Assembly (NCBI RefSeq): GCF_006345805.1
Contig: NC_043010.1
Coordinates: 57,784,001 to 57,848,000 of the forward strand
Direction of reading: 5' to 3'
Source of the DNA: Octopus sinensis
Taxonomy: Eukaryota
Length of the DNA stretch: 64,000 bases
Part shown: positions 50,054 to 64,000 of the stretch, in pieces
Numbering within the stretch: position 1 is the stretch's first letter
Layout: each line of letters opens with the position of its first letter
The notes under the pieces: generated by a model
Told to the model about the DNA's origin: nothing
What the model saw: only the letters and a program-made list of their open reading frames with translations
Database searches by the model: none
Made by a program: the position numbers and the translations under genes

Positions 50054-50217
50054 CAGTCATAGGGAACCTTTCTCAAGAAATAGGCCACATGAGACATGAT
50101 TCATCCTCATGTGGGCTGGATGTCTAAAAGAATTCAAGGTGATTTTTCGTTAAGCCTGCCATTCAGAAAACCTTGTGAGCCGCATGCAGCCAGGGGGCCA
50201 CAGTTTGACCATGACTG
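50054..50217. mobile_element. hAT-like MITE (old)
   Basis: CAGTCATAGGGAAC...GTTTGACCATGACTG short TIRs and subterminal GAGCCGCATGCAGCC; no clear 8-bp TSD. Confidence 0.5.
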
Positions 50218-51993
50218 GATTACAGCATCCCTTCTGTCCTTTTGGAGTCTGATTTGAGGGAGTTTTTTCCTATGATTTCTAACAGGAGAAGGAATTATGT
50301 AGAGGCACCCTCACAGAGTGGGCGGAATAAACCATTGCACCTCACATTTGTTACCGACATCACCATCACCGCCACTATTACCACCACCATCATCATAACC
50401 ACCACAACAGCACCTCTAACGGCAGCAGCAGCATCACCACCACCACCAAAACCACTTCCATCATAACCACCACAACAACACCACCTTCATCATCACCATC
50501 ATAACCACCACCACCACCACCACAGCCACAACCGCAGGCCTGCAAAGAACATAACCATCACAACTCATTATGCATTTCATGTCTTTAAATGTCTGCAAGT
50601 AAATTATAAAACTTCCGTGTGGCTGTTGTTTATCTCCAGCTCAACTTAATCAAAGGCATACCAACCATGACCAACCTGACTTCTTTCTGTTATTGAGAAC
50701 TATATCACCTAAAATGACCTTCCTGTTTTCAAAGATGGCAAGCTCTTGTTTCAGGTACATTTGGCTGCTATTTCTTTTCGTACTGTTTTGAGTAATCACA
50801 TAGTTGATCCTTAGCTCCACAAAGTACCACAGAGTTGAGTACAATGACTCAGTCTCTACAAAAGTACATTAGTCAGCCATCTGAGCTGCGTGATAAACCT
50901 CTGCTAATGCCATGTCTAAATATTAAACATATCAATTGAGCTGTTTGATCCGACAGCGACATTGATCCACTCAGATTTGTTCTAAGTTGGCGTCGGTAGT
51001 CTTGGAGATGGGAGCGGTAGGTTTAGTTAATCATAGTTACCAGTTTTGATTAGAACCCCACCGTGCACTTTGCATCCATCCACAATTTACACTGTAATTA
51101 TATTTTATTTCAACCATTAGCCCACTGTTTAATGTCTGTAAGATTTCCCCCCACCTCAACCACACACAGGTTATATACTTCTACAACCAATGGCCATTCT
51201 CATTCAGTTGTCGCTTCTAAGTAGATTCCATTTTCAGTTGCTTCTTTTAATGTGCAATCTGCATAAGGTTATAGCTGTAAGGTTTAATTACTGATGGTGC
51301 ATTTGTAAATGCGATTCTTTGGTGTTTTGCAACCGAGTTTTATAGCCAGGAGAAGTAATGAGCTTAGCTTTTATGACTGACATAGCTTTAACTGCTGTCG
51401 GTTATCGACTTCATTTTGTTCACTTCTCCAGGTGTTATGAGCTCTCGGTCTCATGGTGCTTTATAATACTAAAGACTTTTATGATTTCATTCCTGCTCGG
51501 CACTGCTGCACAGCACTTAAATTGAACATATAAAAAGTAATAAGGCTTGACACCTGAAATGGTATTTGGCAGGCTTAACTTATGGAAGCCTGCCAAAGCA
51601 ATAATCTCGTCCTAATCATTCTGACCGAGTAGATTGTTTCGCAGTCTCCAACAAAGATACAATCGTTGCTCATTGTTGTGGCAACGAGGCTGGTAGATCT
51701 AAGACACCACACACACACACACACACATGTATATGTATATTTGTGTGTGAGAAAGAAAGAGAGAGAAAGGGTGGAGAGGTAAACTAGTGAAAGTGTTGTT
51801 CAACGATGGAATTGAGATGAAATTCAAATGACTAACCTACAGCTATTACTTCAGAGAGGTGTTAATTTTAATAAACTGCAATTTAGGTGTTTCTTCTTCC
51901 CCAGTCACAGCTGAAGTGAGCAGAATGAACAGACAGACAGGCGTGAACGCAGAGAGAGAAAGAGAGAGAAGAGAATTTCTCTTTTATTTGCAA

Positions 51994-52042
<49 letters not shown>

Positions 52043-52304
52043 ATCTTTCCCTCTCCCACCCTCCCCTCCCTGTTAAAGGGACAAGGAAGCAGAGAGAAGA
52101 AACCTATTACTTCCCTGTACCACAAATCTTACAACTCAAAACAGATTGTTTGAGATAAAGGAAACTTTAATAGATTGCTTAAATATTGCACTATACGCCC
52201 CCCCCCACACACACACACACGTATACATTAGTGAGTATATTTATACTGCAGTTTAGAGTGATCGTTTGATTACACTACCTTTGCTGCTATATAGTACAAA
52301 TATT

Positions 52305-52470
52305 GGTTTGAAATTCTGGAACAAGGCCCAGCAATTTCATGGGATAATTGATTACATCAGCCCCACTGATCAGCTGGGACTTATTTTATCAAACCCCAAA
52401 AGATGAAAAGTAAAGCTGGCCTTGGTAGAATTTGAACTCAGAATGTAAAGGTGAACAAAATGCTGCTAAG
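52305..52470 (-). mobile_element. SINE family C
   Basis: ACAAGGCCCAGCAATTT...AATTTGAACTCAGAATG. Confidence 0.7.
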
Positions 52471-52500
52471 AATTTATAAATATATATATATATATTTATA

Positions 52501-52881
52501 CTAGCAGTATCGCCCGGCGTTGCTCGGGTTTGTAAGGGAAATAACTATAAAGCATTTTTAGAGAGTTATAGCCAAAAATTAGCAAAAAAATGGAAAAAAA
52601 TGATGGTAAATTTTTTTTGAGATTTAAAAAAGGTGGAGTTGCGTCCCCTAGACAGTTTGCGGTTTGAGTTTCTCATTCTCGACCCCATGTCGAATTATCG
52701 ATTTTTTTCAGAACTGGGGGAACTTTTCAAAATTTTCGCTGCGTTAGTTTTGAATTATGACATTGGGCTATGTGTGTGTCAAGTTTCATCAGAATCGGTT
52801 GAAGCCGTGGTCAGGGTGAGGGTACGAGAAAACAGACACCAGAAACACACACAGACAAACTGCCGTTTATATAGAGAGAGA
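52501..52881 (-). mobile_element. Non-autonomous Helitron (H4)
   Basis: CTAGCAGTATCGCCCGGCGTTGCTCGGG terminus identical to H1; 5' A|TCTCTCTCTATATAAAC; contains CAAGTTTCATCAGAATCGG near its 5' end. Confidence 0.82.
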
Positions 52882-52915
52882 TATACATATATATATATAT
52901 ATTATATATATATAG

Positions 52916-52974
<59 letters not shown>

Positions 52975-53112
52975 CATGTATATATATATACATACATGCT
53001 AACAATTCTGCCAGCTCACCACCTTACATAGTGTACAGATTAAATTGTAGCAGACACTACTATTTAGCATGTATATATATGTGTATATACACACATGCAC
53101 ATATATATATTT

Positions 53113-53478
53113 ACTCTTTTACTTGTTCCAGTCATTTGACTACGGCCATGCTGGAGCACTGCCTTTAGTTGAAGAAATTGACCTCAGGTCTTATTCTTTG
53201 TAGGCCTACTACTTAATTCTATCGGTCTCTTTTGCCAAACCACTAAGTTTCGGGGACATAAGCACACTAACATTGGTTGTCAAGTGATGGTGGGAGACAA
53301 ACAGAGACACAAAGACACTCTAAGAGTGGTTGGCATTAGGAAGGGCATCAAGCTGTAGAAACTTTGCCAGATCAGATTGGAGCCTAGTGCAACCTTCTGG
53401 CTCACCGATCCTTGATCAAACCGTTCAACCCATGCCAGCATGGAAAGCAGACATTAAATGACGATGATGATGAGATAT
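53113..53478. mobile_element. SINE B 3' half (minus, 53113-53312) abutting an RTE terminal module (plus, 53314-53478)
   Basis: Both modules are recognisable from other copies in the window. Confidence 0.75.
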
Positions 53479-53552
53479 ATATATATATGCCGAAAAGGAG
53501 TTTAATATGTAATAGAAAAGAGAGTGTTCGATACTGCACTACTGGGTGAGTG

Positions 53553-53810
53553 AAGTTTAATGTGTGGAGGCACGTGGCTAAGTGGTTTGGGCCTTGCACC
53601 CATGATTGTGAGTTTGTTGTTTTGCATCCATGAGCGGGTGATATATTGTGTTCTTGAGCGAAACCCTTCATTTCACTTTGCTCAAATCCACTTAGCTTGC
53701 ATAAAGGAAGAAACCTACAATGAATCAGTGTCCCGTCTAGTGATGTGAAATATATATGCCACAGAATCCAGGAAACCAGGCCTTATGAGCCCATGGCTCA
53801 GGAAGGGCCT
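53553..53810 (+). mobile_element. tRNA-derived SINE family E
   Basis: GGAGGCACGTGGCTAAGTGG head; related to 5045 and 44103. Confidence 0.6.
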
Positions 53811-54204
53811 TTGAGAGTTCAATGTAATGCAACCAGTCATCAAGACCCTGTCTGGCTCTAATCTGTTTCATACTCTTATGCAATTGTTGCAGAATTCACT
53901 CATTGAGGTGACCTACTTTTTGTTTAGAAACCTTTATCCATTCTGTGAGAAGCTGGGAGTTTATTATTCATGTATATCATTATTTGCAAACTCATAACCG
54001 AATATGATTTTAACAGCTGATTATATTTCATACGCCTACACACACACGCACACATAGTGCGATGGGTAAATTGTCACCATTTTCTATTTTTAATTTTGTG
54101 CATGTACATTGTTTGTTTTTGATTTTGTCAACTACACAGTATAGAAGAGTCAGCTGGGCACCCTCTATGAGTAAAACAGTACCGTGACGCAATTCGCTCT
54201 GCCA

Positions 54205-54422
54205 GAAATTTGGAACCGACATGTACTGCTTGGCATTTGCACCGGAACCTCCAATACAAACATTTCAGAGTGTTTTGGTGTCAATCTGAGGACATGTACC
54301 AAGAGTGATAAAAATCAAACATCCAGTCAACATCATGGTGTTTGGAGTGATCACTAGTGATGGCAACATTATGCCTCCACTCATCTTCTCACACGGCCTC
54401 AGACTCGACATGGAGGCCTACA
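54205..54422 (+). pseudogene. Internally deleted Tc1/mariner-superfamily transposase fragment
   Basis: KHPVNIMVFGVITSDGNIMPPLIFSHGLRLDMEAYI resembles the xMVWGxI segment of DDE transposases. Confidence 0.6.
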
Positions 54423-56501
54423 TTGTATCAGTCGAAGTACTTGGCTGGTACTTAACTTTATCGGTAATATAAGGGTGAAATTGACCTGGTAGGATTTGAA
54501 CTCAGATCATAAAGACCTTGGTACTCTAACAATTGTGAGTCCACCATCTTTTGTGACATAAGTCAATGAGAGAATTTTCATGTGCTTACTCAAATGGTTA
54601 GTAATAGCAGCCAAATCTCACACAAATCTCATCTAAGTTTTAGAAAGGAAGGTCACATAGATAATATTGACCTGAGACATACTCGGCTGAGGAAGCAAGG
54701 GTCATGGGTGGCATGTATTTGATCACATGTCTTTCATCCTTTCAGGGTTGATAAATTAAGTACCAGTTATGCACTGGGGTCTGTCCTTGTTTGTCCCCTC
54801 TATGTTTAGCCCCTTGTGGGTAGTAAAGAAATAGGAAGGATTTATCGAAGCTATTGGTACAGTCTACAAATTAAGTCACAGAAAGAGTGAGGAGAAGAGG
54901 AGAGACAACTGATAAATAGGTTAGTTAATTAGTAGGTTGGTTGATTGGTCAGTTGGTTGGTGGGTTAATTACCGGTATATCTAGAGAGAAGTGATGTTAT
55001 GTAGCTAATTAATCTATGACTAGTGAGTGCCCCACAACATTATTGTCAAGGGGTGGTGGGTTGATCAAATTAGTCCTAAAAATTAGACTTGTGACTACAT
55101 TTATGTCTAACTGGTCAAGATTAATTGTACCAGCTTGTCATAATTGTAATTAGCAAAAAAACTGACTTAAAAGTATTTTGGTCAGTTAGACTACTAATTA
55201 CTTTTATGACTGTCACAGTATTTTTCAACACACCCCCATTACCACCACCACCACCACCATTACCTCCATCACTGCCGCCGCCGCCGCCACTACACTGTGT
55301 GTCCCCCCTCCACCGTCCTCCAAAGTTTCCAACATCCTCCACAAAGACATAAGTCAGGGGAAAATCAAACGATTGAACTAAGGTAGAATATCAAACAGAA
55401 AAAAAAACAAAAAAAAGAAACCAAAAAGAAAAACAAAAACAAAACCAGAAAAGCGAAAGAACCATAAAAAATCTTGCATCTGTTCCAGGTCAGCGAATAT
55501 AGGGATCTGTGTATGGTTGAGCGATTTGGTCATGGGTCCCTCTCTCATGTGTGTTCTGAGTGGGGGAAGGAGGGGGGTGGGGAGGGCTGTTCTGTTTCTT
55601 GCAATGCTGATTTGTTGTCGTCAGAGTTTCTAATTGTTTATTTCTTGTTGTTTATCTGTTTTCTCCAGTCAACCTCGAAATTAATCTGATTCCGATATCT
55701 CTCCCCCCCCCACACACACCACACCACCACCACCCCTGCTGCTCCCAATGACTCAATATTCTGTTATCAGTGAAGCGCAAAGATAAATCTTTTCGTTACT
55801 CACTCTCTTACAAACTCTTTCCTGCTGAATACTGTGTCTTTATAGTTATTTTTTATTGGTTTATATACCATGTATTTTGTGAATAACAGACTCACTGGCC
55901 ATAGCTTTCCAAAGGGGACCATCGCTGGCTGATGGTGGTGGTGGTGGTGACATTTTACTGTTTGATGTTGTTGATGGTTGTGATGTACAAAATGGTGATC
56001 ATGGCAGTAGTGATGACGATGATGATGACGGTGTTGGTAAGGTTACCGAAAGTGGTGAGGATATAGGTGACGGTGGTGGTGGTTCTAGCTGTGGTGGTGG
56101 TTGTGATGGTAGTGGTAGTGGTGTTAAGGTCTCTAGAATTATTCTAAAAGTCAAAATACAAAACATTACACACTGACAACAACACCGCAACAATGACAGT
56201 ACACTAACAACAACAGCAACAACAACAGCATGGCTCAATGTGCCACCACACACTGCGTCACATGTTAAGAAGGTGGCCACACTTGCAGTCACTTGAGCTG
56301 TTAATCAAACCGAGTAATGTTTATATAAAAGAGACACAGTCAACTGTCTGATAACAGACAGGATGGTCATATTGGAATGGCTATGAGCATAGATTGACTC
56401 TCTTTGCACTGACCTAATAAACTAAGGTTTAAATAGCAACAGACAATATAACACAACACACTACAGCATTCTATGTCTCCCTTTGAACTTCCTCACAACA
56501 C

Positions 56502-56542
<41 letters not shown>

Positions 56543-56574
56543 CACACATATATACATACACATACATATGTATA

Positions 56575-57268
56575 TCATCATCATCCTTTAACGTCTGTTT
56601 TCCATGCTGGCATGGGTTGGACAATTTGCTTGAGGCCTGGAGAGCCAGTGGCTGCACCAGGCTCCAGTCTGATCTGGCAGTGTTTCTACAGCTGGATGCC
56701 CTTCCTAATGCCAACCACTCTGAGAGTGTAGTGGGTGCTTTTTATGTACTACCGACACAGGGACCAGTCAGGCAGGCCTGGCATCGATCATTTTTGGATT
56801 GTGCTTTTTAAGTGCCACCAGCACAGGAGCCAGTTATGGGGGCCCTGTCCACAGCTATGATATTGGTTTTACTTGACTCGACAGGTCTTCTCAAGCATAT
56901 ATCACACAACGCATCAGGAGTACTCTTAACTGGGCTGGACGTGCGTGGCTGCGATCTCACTTTAGTTGCTGGATCTTCTCAATCACAGCATATCTCTAAA
57001 GGTCTCGGTCTCCTGTCATTACCGCTGTGAGGCCCAATGTTCAATGTTCATGCTTCACCAGCCCATCCCATGTCTTCCACAGGTTCCTTCAACAGTTAGC
57101 GAGTGGCACTTGCTCACACAGCTGTCCTCATCCATATGTAACACACGACCATACCAATGCAGTCATCACTCTTGTACACCAAATTTGATGCTTCTTATGC
57201 CCAACTTTTCTCTCAGGGCCGCTTACACTCTGCCGTGTATGCACACTGACATTACACATCCAGCAGAT
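56575..57268 (-). pseudogene. 5'-truncated RTE LINE, different 3' UTR variant
   Basis: WMCNVSVHTRQSVS...KLGIRSI remnants; terminal module and (CAT)n; (TA)n at both junctions. Confidence 0.85.
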
Positions 57269-58039
57269 CATATATATATATATATACACACACATGCATA
57301 CACATATATATGTGCACACACATATATACATACACATACATACATATACATGTATGTGTATCAAACTGTTCAACCCACACCAGCATGGAAATTGGACATT
57401 AAATGATGATGATGATGATGATACATATCATGTGATCACATGAGTGACCAAGCTATCAGATGCTGTCATACATCGGTGGTTACAATGTACGCACACAGAC
57501 ACACCTCATACACATACACGCACACACACATGCACGCACACACAGACACACATACACAGACAGAAGCATACCAAAGCCTAGCTGTGAGTGAAGTAAGAAG
57601 AATGTAAACACATTGTTATTACGCTTTTGATGTGCAGAAAGACGAATAAAGGGATCTCCTGGTGGACTGTTTCATGATTCATTGTCCTCTCAACAGAGAA
57701 AACATACTCTCTCCAAACACTGTTGCCATAGTGTGATAATGGCTACAACACACACACACACACACACACATGCACATACACACAGTACACCAGTTATGCA
57801 CATATACCCCCCCCACACACACACAGCAGATACTCACATGTACAAGGAATGCACACATACCATATGCACACACACAAATACATGCACAGCAAATACAAAT
57901 GCATAGATAAACACACACACACACACATAACAGAAGTAAATAGACATCACATAAAACATTGTTTTATGTTTAACTTGAAAAGGTTTATATTTCATATTAA
58001 TTGACATTTTTATGCTTCAGGTTCTAAATGTGAGTGCTT

Positions 58040-58960
58040 AATCATGTCACATGCAAAAGAAGCTTTGGCACTGTCCAAATTTCCAGTCTGAAGATGGACT
58101 TAGCATAAAACCACAGAAAACCTTGGGATCCTGGTTTCTACGGCTAATAGAGTGATTGTGCAATTCACCAGAGAGGGGAAGGTGTCCACATCACCTCACC
58201 CAGGTCGATCAGAGCCCTCTCACAGGACTCTTTGTTTCGTTAAGAGGATAATCCTCATTGCAAGGTCTCTGACATAGCACAACAAGTTGATGTCAGTCTC
58301 AACAGCTGTGAGGTATCTCCACAAACTTGGCTACTATGGCAGAACAGCAAGAAGGAAGCCATCTCTTCGACCGGCCAATATCAAGTGGAGAAAAGATTAG
58401 GCCAGTGAGATGGTGGAGAAGCCACTAGCATTTTGGGACACTATCATATTCTTTCATGAGTCCAAATTTGCTGTATTTTCTGACAGTTGTCGAGTGTGGA
58501 TCTGGAGACTCTGTGATCAAGAATTTGAAGTGAAAAGATTGCTGCCAACAATAAAACATAGCAGCTATTCTGTGATAGTCTAGAGAGAAATTTGGAGTAA
58601 TGGTCAATCAGAGCTGGTGGAGTGTGAGGGAAACATAAGCTCAGATAAATATATGTCCATATTGCAGAAAGGACTCCTTCCAATCGTCTCCAGTGGTGAA
58701 ATGATTAAAGAAAACTCTTTATTTATGGAAGATGGGACGCTTTGACACATGACTAAAAAGACTCAAGATTGGTTGAAAGAGAATGGCATTAAAAAGCTTC
58801 CGTGGCCAGTCACCAGGTATGAACCCTATGGAACACCTCTGGGGCATAACGAACAGGACACTTCTTCATAAGAACAAGAAAGCATCTTCAAAGCCAGAAC
58901 TTTTAAGATTACTGCATGAAACTTGGCAAGAAATTTACACAGGAATGAGAAGGAGTAAAC
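58040..58960 (+). pseudogene. Near-full-length decayed Tc1 transposase
   Basis: NRVIVQFTREG...YLHKLGYYGRTARRKP...FWDTIIFFHESKF...RVWIWR...FMEDG...WP.QSPGMNPMEHLW, with stops and frameshifts. Confidence 0.88.
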
Positions 58961-59366
58961 ATTATGGCGATAAGTATTCTTCCTTTTTTAATTTTTTTTC
59001 TAGTTTTGTTCAATAAGTTTATAACGTACGTAGTGGTTTTTACTAAATAATCTTATTAAACACTATTAACTTAGGTTTGACATAAAAATGGTAATTTATA
59101 CTTGTATAGATAGGGGTAAATCTTGCACTAAATTATTAATTCCCATAATGTTTATTTAGACATGTTGTAGGATTTGATGTAGTTATAATTTAGTCATTGA
59201 TGATTTCCTTAGGTTTAGCATTTTCTGTTTATATTGGAATTGTTATTGAGGTGTTTAATCTTTTGAAAATATATTTGTAATTTATATATTTATATTTTTA
59301 TTTTTATTTAATATGACTTTTAGTATGTATTTTTAACTTTGACCCATAAATAATTATAAGATAAAT

Positions 59367-59438
59367 AGTCTGAGGACACACTGGTGGATAAGGTGTAGCC
59401 TTGATACACACCCCACCAGTGCAGAAACATGTGTAGCA
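59367..59438 (+). ncRNA. Degenerate hammerhead motif in an AT-rich element
   Basis: CTGAGGA(59370-76)-CA-CACTGGTGG...CCACCAGTG-CA-GAAA-C-ATGT-GTA; both CA dinucleotides at the base of stem II would pair if they were CG. Confidence 0.6.
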
Positions 59439-59855
59439 TTGATTACAAATACATTCTTTCCCCACAGAACAATAACAGGTAAGTTATATATTTTTTCAAC
59501 TAATTTTATTGTATTTTATTGTATTTTAATTGCTTATATTATTTTATTGGATGTAGATTTCTATGTGTATTCCATACAATAAAGTTATCCCAAAATAGGA
59601 GTTCCAGTTCTATTGGCAAAATCCCAAATTTGTAATATATATATATATGGGGTGGGGGGTCACGGTCGAAATTTAATTGCAATGGCATGCTGTAAGATGT
59701 GAAAGATGAGCAGTGCATGAAGTTTTAAGGAAATATTTACTTTTACTCGTTACATTATACAATACCTTGCCTCGACTGGCAGGTGATAAAATCGTAAAGT
59801 ATGCAAAGTAAAAAAGTTAATTTCAGCCTGTGTGTTCGTATTGTAGTAGTAAACC

Positions 59856-59901
<46 letters not shown>

Positions 59902-60890
59902 TAATGTGCAGAGAAGACAAAGTGAGTTAATGAAAGTGAGAGAGAGTGAGGGAAGTTGGGTCTCATAGCTGCTGACAGTAAATGTCATTTCTCCATTTAA
60001 CCATTGTCTTTACTCGCTGCTTTGCTGTGGATCAGGATTCTAGCATTCTGCTCCCTAACTGGTGATAGCTGTCTCTGATTTGAGTTTGTCACTCATTAAC
60101 TAACTGACTGAGTTGTCACAAGCCAACTAACTCAGTTGTCACCAAGTCACTAACTTATGTCTTTATTTGTCAATGTATAACACACAGAAAGGGGACAAGA
60201 CAATACAAAACATTTAGGTTTGGGATTATGACTTAATGGAAATCGGAATATGAAATCGGAAAAATGAAGTCGAATTGTATAATGAAATTGAGAATCATAT
60301 AAAACTTTCTGTGATTATATTTTTGGGTTCATGTTCAACTTGCCGTTTTTTCCTCACCACCTTTTTTCTGCTTATTACTTTTCCTTTCTGATAAGACTGG
60401 CTACAACAGCATGGCCCCATTTACTCTCAACTTCCTTACAACATTTGTCCATCTTTTCATATATGTACTTTGAGGCAGGCACCTCTTCTCCAGAGTAATC
60501 TTTTTAAATAGGCGGTAGGTAAAAATACCAACCAATCCACGTCTGGATATGAAGTTGCATGCCTCAATTCCTCTTCCACACTAACTGTCTTTTGCTTGCG
60601 GGTTCTTGCTTTTATAACTATCCAGAAGGAGACATATTGTTGCGGAACAGTAGATTTAGTTGGTGGTACTTGTTATCTTAATTCTAGTGTTTGGTGGCTT
60701 ATAAGAGGTTAGAAAGGTCAAGTGGCAAAGACATTATTTTGCTTAGCTAAGGCATCTGGCAAATGTAAACTGATGTCACTGAAAAAATTTGTTTTACCAT
60801 GAGGAAAGTGCTGGTGAAGTGTTGATTTAAATTTGGCTATCTAGGATTGAATCTACATCATGCCTGGAAGATCCACTACACACACACACA

Positions 60891-60955
<65 letters not shown>

Positions 60956-62912
60956 GTGTGTATATGTATGTGTATAAATATATATAATCAAAATAATCAC
61001 CCCATTTGATTTATATGGTTAATACCATACCAAATTCTGGTGCCATTAACTTAAGTACCATATTCATCTGAATCTAAATTTTTGCTGAACTTATATATAT
61101 ATATATATATATATATACATTGTATTTGTGTTGTTGTATAATTAATGTGACTTTAGAGGGATATATTATCTGGGCATATACCATGGTAGTTCTTAGTTGT
61201 TATAATTATAGCAAATATATATATGTATAGGTATATATATATCTGTATCTGATATGTATGTATGTATGTATATAATATAAATGAGTGAGTATCATATGTG
61301 GAGAGAGAGAGAGAGAGAGAGAGACTGTGCTGTGGTGAAGCAGAAGATATTAAAACAATGGCAATAAGAATGAAGGAGGAGTTGACAATAAGCCAGGGAT
61401 TAGGAGAAAGTGTTTTTATGAGGGAAGATTTATTAGTAAAGGAGGGGGAGGGGAGGGGGTGGAAAGACATGAAATTGAAAGAAGGCCAAGGAAGGGAAAC
61501 TGTTATGTGATGGTAAGTTGTGTATGAAGAGACTTAAAGTAAACGTTGACGGTGAGCCAAAGTTTGAGAACAAATTGTGATTGAGAGAAATCTTTTCCAA
61601 TGGACGCTGACTTTACCGAGGGAGGGTTAAATATTTCAGGCTTTGCAACCAATCAGCTGTCCCTGATTCATTATATTTATTTATTTGGTTTTTTTATAAC
61701 ACTAATGGGATACTACTGTGTTTGGGGTTATTAGATCTTTAATAGTTTTGCTATTTGAGAGAGTGACAAGGGATGGCTGCTAATTTGGCACAGAACAAAT
61801 AGCACAGGGGACTCCACTCAAAGAACATTGTTTCTTCTAATTTCCTGACATTGTTTACATTCTTCACCAATGTAGCTCACCAACATGCACACACACATGC
61901 ATGCATGCACACACATGCATGCATGCACACACGCTAGTCTTTTGCACAATCCTCTTCCACTGAAATTCTGCTCACAAGATATTGACCAATTTAAAGGTAA
62001 GACACTAGTCCAAGGTACTATTTATTGCCCAAGGTACCACCCATGGCCCTTGGTACCCTTTATTTGCCCTGAGGTACCATCCATTCAGCAGTGTGAACCT
62101 GGAAGTTTATTGTTGTGGGATGAATTTGTTAACAACATTCGTAAATGAAAGGGGTTTCATCTAATCGATTAATTAGTCATAAAAAGACGTGACAAGCCCA
62201 TAGCTGACGAGCTCATTGTGGTTGATGTCTGGCATGACTTTCTGTTTTCAGGGGAAGAGTAGGGGAACATTAAAATGAAGTTCTTGGAAAGAATGAATGG
62301 GGAAAAAAATAAATCTTAGGGGCCAAAGTGAATGACTCTCTTGTTGTTGTTTAGCCTCTGCTCACTTCTGATTAAACAGGACATTCCATCCTTGACATTC
62401 CATCCAATTGATTATTTCAGACAATGTGTGACTATGACTAATTTAACTGATGCATTCATTAATTTTGTTTTTAATATGATTGAATGTGGACTGAGGATGG
62501 TTTGACTACTATTTTTAACAAATCAAAAGTTGGATCACAGTAATAGAAAAATGTATATTTAGGTGGGTTTGGATGATAATGGTACCCACTTCATAGGGAG
62601 GTATTTCAATTTATCATTGACATATTATTTCATTTGTAAATTTCCCTGCTTATCACAACCACACACCAACGTATTCCTGGTTTACACTCTTGATTTCAGC
62701 ATAATTAAGTTTTGTCCCCTGACCCCTAAATAAACATACACTTCCATATAACACACCTCGCTTGCAATGTATTCTATATATCATGGTATTTAAATAACTC
62801 CATATTTTTATTAAAATAGGGACTTAGTCATAGTTAACCCTGGAAATTCCTTGAAGACAATTAGCAGATGCTTTTGCCAATAAGAGAAGCCAAATACCAA
62901 GTATTCAACAAC

Positions 62913-63330
62913 ATCATCATCATTTAACATCCATTTTCCATGCTGGCATGGGTTGGATGGTTTGACTGAGGTCTAGAGAGCTAGCGGCTGCACCAGGCTC
63001 CAATCTGATCTGGAAGAGTTTCTACAGCTGGATGCCCTTCCTAATGCCAACCACTCTGAGAGTGTAGTCGGTGCTTTTTACGTGCAACTGGCAAAGGAGC
63101 CAGTCAGGGGCTTGGTATTGATCATGTTCGGATAGTGCTTTTTACATGCCACAGCACTGGAGCCAGTCAGGGAACACTGGCCACAGCTACGATATCAGTT
63201 TTACTTGACTCAACATGTCCTCTCAAGCATATATATTGCCCGATGTGTTAGGGGCACTCAACTGGGCCAGACATGCATGGCTGTGATTTCACTTTACTTG
63301 CCGGATCTTCTCAATCACAGAAAAGGTCTC
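62913..63330 (-). mobile_element. RTE 3'-UTR copy, same variant as 56575
   Basis: (CAT)n, terminal module and TTTACTTGACTC...GATCTTCTCAATCACAG shared with 56575-57000. Confidence 0.82.
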
Positions 63331-64000
63331 AGTCTCATGTAAGCATTAATAATGAATAAGCAGATTAAATGAACTGACCTCTTTAAAAATTTGATTCTGG
63401 GTAATGTTGATGGTTCCTGAGGATATTGTATAAGATTCCATAACTTGGTAGATGTAGAGTCTAGTTTGGTGAAAGGGGTAAAGTGTTCCTTTGAGTTGTA
63501 GAACAGGATGTAGAATATAGACGGAGGCAGCAGGTCATGGTAAATATTCCGTGGTGGCAGTTAGTGGGTGTCTCCTATGGAATGGGTAAAGAAACAAAGA
63601 CATTATAAAAATCTTTGTTAAGATCTTCTTTCTCTATTGGCCACAAGGGCTGCCTAAACGTCTGGGGCAAAAGAGAAAGGGCAGCAGAAATTAGAAATGC
63701 ATAAACAATAAAACAATAACAATTTACATAAAAACATCTTTGCAAAATATTCACTGCGGATGGGGGTGGGGGTCATCACCCAGGAGCAACTAAGGAGCCT
63801 CATAGATTCTGAGCCACCCTACTTACTGGGAGCACCATGGTATATTGATCTCTATATTGATGGATTATTTGAATTAGTAGAGCCAGGCACTAGGGTCAAT
63901 CATCTATCCCCTTCCTCTCACCCCCGAGAGGGAGGTCTTGTGGTCAATGGGAGAAATGTATGTAACTTTAATGTCTAAGACAGACACAAACAGATAATAG

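Noticed and set aside
58088-58125. CTGAAGATGG...GAAAACC hammerhead-like words
   Set aside because: They lie within the Tc1 transposase coding remnant, and stems I and III do not form.
60330-60830. Possible decayed hAT or non-LTR coding remnant on the minus strand (also 33900-34200, 63340-63960)
   Set aside because: Manual translations gave only ambiguous resemblances; needs tBLASTx or RepeatMasker.

Overview
AT-rich, microsatellite-laden animal genomic DNA. The protocadherin type and repeat repertoire fit a coleoid cephalopod, probably Octopus (inference, not a database result). The only host gene I can support is the large first coding exon of a protocadherin on the minus strand (ATG 30207, CAG|GTAAGA donor after 27817; signal peptide, 6 EC repeats, TM, start of the cytoplasmic tail). 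Its other exons were not identified. The rest is mobile DNA: 5'-truncated RTE LINEs and about a dozen solo RTE 3' ends with (GAT)n tails, several tRNA-derived SINE families, four non-autonomous Helitrons, piggyBac-, Tc1- and hAT-type MITEs, decayed Tc1/mariner transposases and a decayed Penelope-like GIY-YIG fragment. The most unusual signal is a dense set of Penelope-type minimal hammerhead ribozyme (HHR) motifs, about 10 whole or half motifs in 64 kb. It includes (i) a tRNA-headed SINE family carrying an HHR, present once as a head-to-head dimer inside a 12-bp direct repeat, and (ii) a core-intact HHR at 35.75-35.86 kb with a stem II insert that can fold two ways. There is also a three-level tandem array in an RTE 3' UTR (8.6-10.6 kb). 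All alignments and folds were done by eye, and repeat boundaries are approximate to a few nt. Most ORFs in the supplied track are microsatellite or repeat artefacts.
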